Source: Pristiophorus japonicus (Eukaryota). Taken from it: DNA of 64,000 bases. Position numbers and translations under genes: made by a program. The stretch spans positions 53,878,001-53,942,000 of the forward strand of contig NC_091995.1 in the NCBI RefSeq assembly GCF_044704955.1, given 5' to 3'. The notes under the pieces were generated by a model, which saw only the letters and a list, made by a program, of their open reading frames with translations, was not told the DNA's origin and searched no databases. Within the stretch, counting starts at the first letter, position 1, and each line of letters opens with the position of its first letter. Below are positions 39,779-49,224 of the stretch, piece by piece.

Positions 39779-40574
39779 CTGTCAGTAACCAAACAGGGAT
39801 CAATAATCAGTTGTTAATGGGAAATCATAAATCAGTCTGATCAGAGGGGAATGAGCATCTCAAAGTATCAGGTAGAAATGGAGGGATAGAGTCACAGTCT
39901 GACAGGGGAAAGGGACTATAATATCAGGTAGAAATATCAGAAATGTTCCCAATGGAAGGCGATTATGGGACTTTGTGGCAGTGAGTTCACAGACCAGCCC
40001 GAACTTTCCAATAAGTTTCATCCGATTAATGGGCAGAAGTTGGATGGAATGATTATTGGGAAATTGGGCAGAGCTCCATCCAAGAGGGTTAATTCCCAAT
40101 AGTGCAAGCAAAGAGGTTAATTCCCAGCACATCAATGAAAACGTTAATTCTCAGCATGCTAACAACAGGAGTTAATTCCTAGTACACTAACAAAAGGGAT
40201 TCATTCGCAGCACGGAGTGTCCCAGGGATCGGTGCTGGGGGATGGGCTGAGTGGAGGTGTCCCAGGGGTCAGTGTTGGGATCCTACTGCATCCAGTCTCC
40301 CTAAACAACCTGGATTCAGAAACAGAGTGTAAGTTATACTGACACTGAACTGAGGGGTAGGGGCAGCGCCTCTTCGAAGCGGCTAGAGGGCCCTGCACAA
40401 AATGTTGCAAATGTAATTTAGTAGTGAGGGTTCGGCACCAAGATGTAGTATTAAAAAGTCGAAACAAGTTGCACAGATGACTGGGAGAGACAGTTAGAGT
40501 GAGAAATATTACAGAATTAGGTGGGATCATCGAAAATACAAAGAGGTCTAAGTTAGATTTAGAGTGCATGAGTG

Positions 40575-40665
40575 TAAATGCTGGAAATACTCAGCAAGTC
40601 AGGAAGCATCTATGGAGAGAGAAACTGAGTTAATGTTTCAGCTCGATGACCTTTTATCAGAACCT
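40575..40665 (-). mobile_element. Penelope-type terminal repeat fragment
   Basis: AAATGCTGGAAATACTCAGC..GCATCTATGGAGAGAGAAAC..TTTCAGCTCGATGACCTTTTATCAGAAC; homologous to 44590-44780. Family assignment is from recall. Confidence 0.55.
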
Positions 40666-40772
40666 TCAATATAGGACTGAAGACAGGCAGCATTTCTTCG
40701 TCCTAAAAGTGATCAGTGTCTGCAATGGTCTCTTGGTTAGGGTGCTGGGTTTAGGATACTCACTATCCTTCC

Positions 40773-43700
40773 TGTCATGTATGTACTTGTGGGTCACTAG
40801 CCACTAGATGGCGTCACTGTTGGAGGCCATTGGGCTGCACTTACGTGTGTGCAGCCCAAGTATAAAAGCCCAGCCATTTTGTATTATACTCACTTTGGGC
40901 CTTAATAAAGCAGAGCCAAGATTATACCTTTTGGAGTCAACAATACTTAGTCTAACAAGTTATTGCATACACAACATTTAGCGACGAGGCAACAACAACC
41001 TTTGCATGCAAAAATGAGCACAATTGGATTGTTGGAGCGATTTGTGGAAGAAGATTGGGCCGACTTTGTGGCCAACAAAATGGAGGGGGAAGACGATGCA
41101 GATCGGCGCCGGGCAGTGTTCCTCACGGTTTGCGGTCTGAAAATTTATGGTCTTATAAAGAATCTCCTTTTGCCTGTGAGTCCAGCAGAGAAAAAGTATG
41201 AAGAATTATGTACCCTGGTATGTGACCACCTTAAGCCAGACGAAGGCATCATCATCTCAAGAAACAGATTTTACACACAGAGGACCAGAATGTGGCGGAA
41301 TTCCTTGCCGACCTGAGATGTCTAGCTGGACCGTGTAAGTTCGGTGCTGTGTTGGCAGACATGCTGCGGGACTTCTTTGTAATCGGCATCAACCACGAGA
41401 TGATCCTGCGTAAACTACTGGCGGTGGAGACGTTGGACTTAAACAGGGCCATCACTATCGCTCAGTCATGCATGACGACGGACAAAAGCTTAAAGCAGAT
41501 ATCAATGAAAAATCGAAACTCAGCAAGTACTGTAAATATGATTGATTTGGCGTTTGGCAGAGCGGCACATGGCAGGGCCTACCCGACTGCGTACGTGAAA
41601 CCTGTGGCTGCCCAAAGTCCGCCAACGAGAATGCATCCAATTTCTCCATGTTGGCATTGTGGGGGAAATCACCGGCACCATCAGTGTCGATTTAAACAAA
41701 ATAGTTGTAAAGGTTGTTTGAGAGTGGGGCATTTCCAGCGCAAGTGTCCGCAACTGAGCAAGCGAGCTGTGACACACCACGTGGAGGATGATGAACAGTC
41801 TAGCACGGATCTGGATACGCAATCTGAGATACCAGAGGAGAAAGTGTATGGACTGTACACATTCCTACCTAAGAGCAAACCGATAATGATCAACGTGAAA
41901 TTTAATGGGGTGCCGGTATCGATGGAACTGGACATGGGGGTGAATCAATCGATGATGAGCCAGAGGGCATTCAACAAGTTGTGGGGTACTAAGGCTGTGA
42001 GGCCCAGGCTAAGTCTAGTCAATGCCAAGTTGTGTACGTACACTAAAGAACTCATAACGGTGATTGGCAGTGCCAAAATTAAAGTGTTCATATGACGGTG
42101 CGGTTCACGAGTTACCGCTCTGGATTGTCCCAGGCAATGGCCCAACACTGTTCGGCAGGAACTGGCTTGAAAAAATCAAATGCGATTGGAACGACATCAA
42201 GGCTTTGTCGTCGGAGGATGATTCATGTGCTCAAGTACTGAGCAAGTTCCCCTCGCTGTTCGAACCAGGCATCGGCAACTTCACAGGAGCTAAGATGCAG
42301 ATCCACATGGACTCGGATGTAAGACCCGTCCATCATAAAGCTCGGGCAGTGATGTGTATGATGAGGGAGAAGGTAGAAATCGAACTGGACAGACTCCAGC
42401 GTGAAGGGATCATATCACCGGTTGAATTTAATGTATGGGCCAGCTCCATTGTTCCTGTGCTGAAAAGTGATGGCACAGTCAGAATCTGTGGAGACTACAA
42501 GGCTACAATCAACAGGGTTTCGAAACAGGATCAGTACCCATTACCGAAGACTGATGACTTGTTTGCAACGCTAGCAGGGGGGAAGTCGTTCACCAAACTG
42601 GACTTGACATTGGCCTACATGACACAGGAGCTGGTCGAGACATCGAAGAGACTTACGTGCACTAACACGCATAAAGGACTATTTATTTATCACAGGTGCC
42701 CTTTCGGAATTCGCTCGGCTGCAGCAATATTTCAGAGGAACATGGAGAGTCTACTGAAGTCCGTTCCCAGAACCGTCGTGTTCCAAGATGACATCCTGAT
42801 CACAGGTTGTGACTCCGAGGAACATCTGAACAACCTGGAAGAGGTTCTACATCGTCTGGACAAAGTGGGACTCAGACTGAAACGCTCGAAGTGCATCTTC
42901 ATGGCACCAGAGGTCGAATTCCTGGGGAGGAAAATTGCTGCTGACGGCATCAGGCCCATGGACGTGAAAACCAAGGCCTTCAAGAATGCACCCAAGCCGC
43001 AGAATGTGACGGAACTGCGTTCGTTCCTGGGTCTACTCAACTACTTCGGTAACTTCTTACCTAGATTGAGCACCTTATTAGAACCACTGCACATGCTGCT
43101 AAGGAAAGGCGACAACTGGGCGTGGGGTGCGTCTCAAGACAGAGCTTTTGAGAAAGCCACTAATCTGTTTTGCTCTAACAAGCTGCTGGTAGATTATGAC
43201 CCATGTAAATGTTTAGTATTGGCCTGTGATGCTTGGTCATAGGGAATTGGTTGCGTACTCCAACAAGCTAATGAGTCGGGTAAACTTTAACCAGTCTCTT
43301 ATGCTTCAAAAAGTTTGTCTAAAGCGGAAAGAGCCTACAGCATGGTAGAGAAAGAAGCACTAGCCTGCGTGTATGGGGTTAAAAAGATGCATCAGTACCT
43401 GTTCGGTCTTAGGTTTGAAATGGAAACAGATCACAAGCCACTCATTTGATTGTTTTCTGAAAACAAAGTTTTCAATACCAATCCCTGCCATTGCCACTCC
43501 CACCAGTCAGTCACCCAGCCACCAGTCACAACAGACTCTGAACACTCACCCAAGGCTGGAGTTGAACTGAGATGGTCAACCCGAGAGCGTAAAACACCGG
43601 ACCGGTAAAAGACCGTGTCAACATCTCAGAGAGGGGTATTGTCATGTATGTACTTTTGGGATCACTAGCCACGTATGTGCAGCCCAAGTATAAAAGACCA

Positions 43701-43804
43701 GCCATTTTGTATTATACTCACTTTGGGTCTCAATAAAACAGAGCCAAGGTTATACCTTTAGGAATTAACAGTACTTAGTCTAACAAGTTATTGCATACAC
43801 AACA
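40773..43804 (+). mobile_element. Gypsy/Ty3 LTR retrotransposon in MHC intron 2, integrase deleted
   Basis: LTRs 40773-40976 and 43640-43804 (TG...CA), 5-bp TSD CTTCC on both sides, PBS-like TAGCGACGAG and PPT AGAGAGGGG. Gag has CCHC knuckles, protease ELDMG, RT FQDD (ORF 42064-43242) and RNase H. No integrase core. Confidence 0.96.
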
Positions 43805-44168
43805 CTTCCCTTATAATACAAGCACATGGACTCAAGAGATAGAGAGACCTCTGATTATTTAAAAATATACTAATACAACCCACTACATGCAGCACTCATG
43901 AAATCGGTACCAATTATACCCATGAACAGAGAACTCATCGCAGGTTCATAATCTGTGTACTGCAGACTACTCAGGCTAGCCCCATGCAAGACTAGAAAGC
44001 GTTTCTAAAGTGTTCCTGTATCCAGTACCTTTATATGGTTAATCACGTAAGGCAAACAGGGGGTTAATACATAAGGACTTTTCTACTACCTGCAGTTAGT
44101 GTGGAAGTACACATGGTTAATATGTCATTGCATCAATAATCCTCCTCCCTACATGCACTTGCTCATTA

Positions 44169-44585
44169 GTGTCAGCTGTGGCTCAGTGGGTTGCACCCTT
44201 GCCTCAGAGTCAGAAGGTTGTGGGTTCAAATCCCACTCCAGGAACCTGAGCACATAAAAATCTAGGCTGATATGCCAGTACACTGCTGAGGGAGTGCTGC
44301 ACTGTCAGAGGTGCCGTCTTTCAGATGAGATGTTAAACCGAGGCCCCCCTGCACTCTCAGGTGGATGTAAAAGATCCCATAGCACTATTTCAAAGAAGTG
44401 CAGCGGAGGTAACCCTCCATTAACTTATCCCATTGCTGTTTATGGGAGCTTGCTATGTGCTAATTGGCTGCTGCGTTTCCCACATTACAACAGTGACTAC
44501 ACTCAAAAAGTACTTCATTGGCTGTGAAGCCCTTAAGGGCATCCTGAGATTGTGAAAGGCGCTATATAAATGCAAGTCTTTCTTT
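44169..44585 (+). mobile_element. tRNA-derived SINE with Deu central domain (SacSINE1-like)
   Basis: A box TGGCTCAGTGG, B box GGTTCAAATCCC, core GGTGCCGTCTTTCAGATGAGATGTTAAACCGAGGCCC..GTAAAAGATCCCAT, tail GCGCTATATAAATGCAAGT(CTTT)n. Confidence 0.88.
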
Positions 44586-44587
44586 AT

Positions 44588-44780
44588 AAAACAGAAAATA
44601 CTCAGCAGGTCAGGTGCAAGGCATCTGTGGAGAAAGAACATTTCAATGATTCAGCTCGCTGACCTTTTATCAAAACATCTGTTTCTCTCTCCACAGATGC
44701 CCCGTGACCTGCTGAGTAATTCCAGCAGTTTCTGTTTTTATTTCAGATGTCCAGTATCTGCAGGATTTTGCTTTTATTCA
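44588..44780. mobile_element. Palindromic Penelope-type terminal repeat remnant
   Basis: TACTCAGCAGGTCA..GGCATCTGTGGAGAAAGAACA is inverted relative to TGTTTCTCTCTCCACAGATGCC..TGACCTGCTGAGTA. Confidence 0.55.
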
Positions 44781-45265
44781 TGTTACGATCTGTTGATTGT
44801 TCTCTGCAATTCTCCATCCAGCAGTGACTGCCTCTGTCCCTGATACTTTTCAATTCCTGATCTCTCTGAGGTATTTATTACCGAGAGCTCCATTCTCCTT
44901 TCACACTGCCTCCTGGATTGGCATTGCCCGTTCTGCTCTACTGGAGAAGACCAATCTCATCCCCATATATAAGAATACTCAGCAAGAAGCCAGGATTTGA
45001 CCAACAATCTTCCCTTTCCCGGATGATCGCAACCATCTCACCATATTCTCACCTTGCTCTATCACAAACCTGACCTTCATCAATGTGGACAGAACTTTGT
45101 AAATATCTCCATCAGAATAGAGAAAAGGAAGAGAATAACCATCCGTGTGTTCCTGATTCACACTACACCCCAGTGTCACAGAGTGCAGTATAACTAGGGC
45201 TGGGTACCTGTCCGGCATCCACTAAACAGGGCAGTCAGTAGATGATTCTGCATCGCTGATCTTAC

Positions 45266-45526
45266 CGGATGTCTGGTTTGTCCCCTTCATTATCATATTC
45301 AGATTCTCCTTTGCCATGGCTGACCGTGTGTTCCCGAGATCTGTGAGAGAATCCCAGTATTGCTCACTGAGATAGTCTGCCATGAACTGCTGCCTGGGAA
45401 TTGCCCGGCGGATATCAGTGTCATGATAATTAAGTTGAACTCCCTTCACCATCGCAACATTAATAACCTCGGGCAAGTCGCTAATGCCGGAGATTGCTGT
45501 GTACATCACAGTAAGTGATTTCGTGT
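45266..45526 (-). CDS. MHC class I-like exon 2, alpha1 domain (DTKSLTVMYTAISG...QYWD...MKGTNQTS)
   Basis: Acceptor TTTTTGTTTTACAG, donor G|GTAAG, 261 bp. Class I motifs: LPE, YWD (Y59/W60), NQT glycosylation site (N86). Confidence 0.93.
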
Positions 45527-45677
45527 CTGTAAAACAAAAATTAAATGGACAGGTTATTAAACATATACAAGCATTGGCACCTAATCGAAGTGAAGCCTAT
45601 CCACATAGTGACAATCTCCAATAATCCACCACTTTATCTCAACATCAGATCCTGTCAGATATTAACTGGCTCAGAAT

Positions 45678-46240
45678 CAGATTAGAGCACTGCATACAGT
45701 TCTGATCGTCATATTATAAAAAGGATATAGAGGCACTGGAGAGGGTGCAGAGAAGATTTACAAGGATGATACCAGAAATGCGAAGGTACACATTTCAGGA
45801 AAGGATGGACAGACTGGGTCCCTTTTCTCTTGAAAAAAAGAAGGCTGAGGGGTGACCTAATAGAGGTCTTTAAAATTATGAAAGGTTTTGATAAAGTGGA
45901 AACAGAGAGAATGTTTCCACTTGTGGGGAAGAGCATAACTAGAGGCCATCAATATAAGATAGTCACCAAGAAATTCAATAGGGGATTCAGAAGAAACTTC
46001 TTTACCCAGCGAGTGGTGAGAATGTGGAATTCACTACCACAGGGAGTGGTTGAAGCGAATAGTATCGATGCATTTAAGGGGAGGCAAGACATGCATATGA
46101 GGGAGAAGGGAATAGAGGGTTATGCTGATAGATTTAGATGAGGAAAGGCGGGAGGAGGCTCGAGTGGAGTATAATCGCTGGCATGGACTGGTTAGGACAA
46201 ATGGCCTGTTTCTGTGCCATATATCCATGTAATCCTCTAT
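45678..46240 (+). mobile_element. CR1 LINE 3' end in MHC intron 1
   Basis: ORF 45830-46141 (RRLRGDLIEVFKIMKG, RNFFTQRVV) plus 3' UTR. Confidence 0.92.
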
Positions 46241-46370
46241 AAAGATGGCTGCAGCCTCTCAGAACAGGGACTAAACACGGAATCAGAGTCACTCAGACAT
46301 CCGATGGATTCAATGTGTCCCACATGGGAGAGTCTGGGGCACATTCGAGGAGTTTGAGTGTTAAATACAA

Positions 46371-46950
46371 GGGGGTCGAAATTCGGTGCTGCCGTTTTTC
46401 AGGTGGTGTCACCGTCTGAATGGAGATTTTACTACCAGGCGGCAGTTGCCACCTCCAACTGCGAAATTCAGTTTTGCTGCCTGAAAAGGGAATTACAGCG
46501 TTAAATCGGGCGTCGCACGCTACTCTGGAGGCGGTAAATGTCGGTAAATGAGGCGGCAACATCCAGGCGTCAATCATCATTTGTAACTGCGCCACAGATA
46601 TACTGCCGCCACCTGGATTCAATTGAGGCGGTGACTGGGTGTGACACTGCCTCGTGCATATATTCGCTTGCTACACACTCTCACAGGGTGAAGATGCAGC
46701 AGCAGCTCACCAGCACGCTCACCGCTTCCCTGACACCGCCGTCAATGCTCTGCTTGATGCCTTGGAGAGGCGTCGAGAACTACTGAGGACAGAGGCTGCG
46801 AGGAGGCCACAGCCTCAAACATTTCGCAGGCTATGGTGGAAAGTCGCTGAAATATTGTCAGCGAGTGGCACTGCCCAGGACAGCGACCCAATGTTGTAAG
46901 AAGTGGAACGGTGTGACTTGGTTGCTCAGGGTGAATATATTTTACATTAA
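46371..46950 (+). mobile_element. Harbinger-type transposon fragment (terminus + Myb/SANT-like exon)
   Basis: Starts GGGGGTCGAAATTC. RFPDTAVNALLDALERRRELL...LWWKVAEILSA and frameshifted QCCKKWN parallel the Myb/SANT exon at ~55900-56096. Confidence 0.65.
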
Positions 46951-46954
46951 CCTG

Positions 46955-47397
46955 AACATGCCATGCTCTGAGCTCAATGGGCAGTCTTTCCTCAATTCGC
47001 CAGGACACTAGTCCCAGCCTGGTTCAAGTGAAGCCCATTCTGACGGAACAGCTCCCTCTTTCCCCAGTACTGGTGCCACTGCCCCATGAATCAAAACCCA
47101 TTTCTCCCACACCAATCTTTGAGCCACGCATTCATCTCTCTGATCTCATTTACCCTATTCAAATTTGCACGTGGTTCAGGTAGTAATCCAGAGATTATTA
47201 TCTTTGTGGTTCTGCTTTTTAATTTAGCCACTAGTGGCTCATACACCCTCAGCAGAACCTCTTTGTTTGTCCTACCTGTGTCATTGATACCCAGGTGGAC
47301 CACGACAACTGGATTTTTCCTCTCCCATTCCAAGTTCCTCTCCAGTCCAGAGAAGATGTCCTTAACCCTGACAACAGGCAGGCAACACAGCCTTCGG
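46955..47397 (-). mobile_element. CR1 ORF1 fragment (SGNH esterase-like domain)
   Basis: ORF 47091-47444: CCLP..RVKDI, VVVVHLGIND, IISGLLP, MNAWLKDWC. Confidence 0.85.
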
Positions 47398-47610
47398 GAC
47401 ACATCAGGTCTATCGCTAACCTGGAACAGTAACCTGGGATACACTTGCTCTATCTCTAACCTGGAACACTAACCTGGGACACACCCGGTCTATCGCTAAC
47501 CTGGAACAGTAACCTGGGACACACCCGGTCTATCTCGAACCTGGATCACTAACATGGGCCACACCCGGTCTATCTCTAACATGGGCCACACCCAGTCTAT
47601 CTGAAACCAA
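47397..47610. repeat. ~40-bp minisatellite (~5 copies)
   Basis: GGGACACACCCGGTCTATCGCTAACCTGGAACAGTAACCT units in tandem. Confidence 0.85.
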
Positions 47611-48530
47611 GGGAAAGTGACATGGGATAGATCCAACTCTATCTGTAAGTTAAGACAGAGAACATCTGGAGGGAGGTATTAAGGAGACCCTGCTGACCAG
47701 GGAACATCTGGAGGGAGATATTAAGGATAACCCGAGGGCAGGTCTGTTGTCATAACCTGAAACATGTGGGAACAAAAATGTGATTGCCCCTGAAAACACA
47801 TGCGGAAATCGCGATGTGCGATCAACCCGCGCCTATTCCAAGTAATGCAGGCAGCACGCAAACTTTGCCATTTTGGACACAAAACGACATGTAGCGAAGA
47901 AAAACCGGGCACCATGGAGCCGAATTTCGTTTTAGAATACAAGAATGAAGAGAAACAGTGATGTTTGGGAAGATGAAGTGCGATGCTGTGGGGTGCGGTC
48001 ACTGTATGAACAGTCTCGCTGTACACCAGGAGTGTTGGACTAACAGGGGCAGCATCTCCACTGTGCTTAACATCCTATAATGACCACTTTAAACATGGCC
48101 AGTAGGGGCCCAAAGGATGTTGGTGGTGGATTGTCTGAGATAACCTGGTCTATTCAACCATGAGGGCATCACAGCTGTGCCTGAGGTGGGTGAGACATGG
48201 ATTATTCTCCCCGTGTGTTTAGAACACTTTAGTCCAGGAATGGTGAAACTTTACCTGCTCCCAATCTGTGCGAACATTAAAATGGCCCATTTTAACCACT
48301 TTCCATTTGCTACAAGCTTCTCTGCTCTCCGTGTTCCTGCATCCTGCTGTCAGGAGGCGTGTACACAACTCCCACCTCAGACTGACAGCCTGTGCTGGCT
48401 TCAGTGGTACAAAATATCAGGCAGTGTGTGTAACAGGCGGCTGATCAAATATCACCCGTTTCAAACTCTCGCTAAAAGTTCTGAATCACCCCCCAGAGAG
48501 TGAGAGTGGAGGGTTGAGTTCTTTACTTAC

Positions 48531-48582
48531 CGGGAGAGACCCAGGAAAAGCACAGGGATGTGGAGAGAAGGATCAGCAACAT
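48531..48582 (-). CDS. MHC class I-like exon 1, signal peptide MLLILLSTSLCFSWVSP
   Basis: ATG at 48582, hydrophobic leader, donor G|GTAAGT, phase 1. TATA box ~72 bp upstream. Confidence 0.88.
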
Positions 48583-48653
48583 TCTGGGAATCCACTGCCC
48601 CTATTCCAATCGGTGACTGGGAATAAAACTCTCCGAGTGGGACACATCGGCTG

Positions 48654-48873
48654 TTTATAGACTGAAAAATACACAACAGGTCTATTGGGGCCCCACTTTA
48701 CTGTTTATCTTGAACTTTGATCATTTCCTTGATCTGAAAATGCAGAGCCAGAGGGTGAATGATTGGTTACTCTGGGAACAATCTCCAATGAAAGCACTTG
48801 GCAGTCCCCTGTCACCAGTTACCAGGAAGCTCAAACTGAGACCGGTTGAGAGTCAGTCTGTGAAATAGAAACT
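48654..48873 (-). promoter_or_regulatory. MHC class I-type promoter: ISRE, S-X-Y module, CCAAT, TATA
   Basis: On the minus strand: ISRE AGTTTCTATTTC (48873-48862); S box CAACCG (48848-48843); 16-bp spacer; X box CCTGGTAACTGGTG (48826-48813); 20-bp spacer; Y box TTCATTGG (48792-48785); CCAAT (48766-48762); TATAAA (48659-48654). Confidence 0.85.
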
Positions 48874-49096
48874 AAGGTTGAGACTGAACAAGCCTCATAC
48901 ACCAGCTCCAGTTTAAAGGGCAGATATACTGGGATCCTGGGCTGCCCCTCACAGTCAACACATTGACACTGGGCCCCTCCCACTGGGAACCTGTAAACTG
49001 GTTCTGATCTGGACTGTAGTTATACCACAACATGTTACAGCTATACATCATCTTTAACGTACTGTAAACCACAAGGGGCATCACAGAGCAACGCAT

Positions 49097-49224
49097 CGGG
49101 AGTGAGGGGAGGGGTCAAACTACGAGGCAGTGAGTCATTCTAACAGGGAGTGAGGGGAGGGGTCAAACTAACGGAGTGAGGGGAGGGGTCAAACTAACGG
49201 AGTGAGGGGAGGGGTCAAACTAAC
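49097..49224. repeat. 26-bp G-rich minisatellite, left remnant
   Basis: GGAGTGAGGGGAGGGGTCAAACTAAC, about 4 copies. Confidence 0.92.

Larger units (their letters stand above)
33140..48582 (-). other. Non-classical MHC class I heavy-chain gene, five coding exons identified; cytoplasmic/3' exon(s) not found
   Basis: Exons of 52, 261, 276, 279 and 114 bp are joined by GT-AG phase-1 introns into one stop-free frame of 327 codons: leader-alpha1-alpha2-alpha3(Ig C1)-TM. Confidence 0.93.

Noticed and set aside
44169-44245. tRNA gene
   Set aside because: The A/B boxes belong to the head of a SINE that continues into a Deu core and LINE-like tail.
44979-45218. ORF with GC...DG..Y spacing reminiscent of a second, Cys-containing alpha2 exon
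   Set aside because: No phase-compatible acceptor, no similarity after the first ~25 residues, and adjacent DNA looks like decayed LINE sequence. A profile-HMM search would settle it.
33140-48582. Classical UAA, class II or W-category identity; gene symbol assignment
   Set aside because: Three extracellular exons indicate class I architecture, and loss of anchors and the disulfide argues against a classical gene. Lineage cannot be named without phylogeny.
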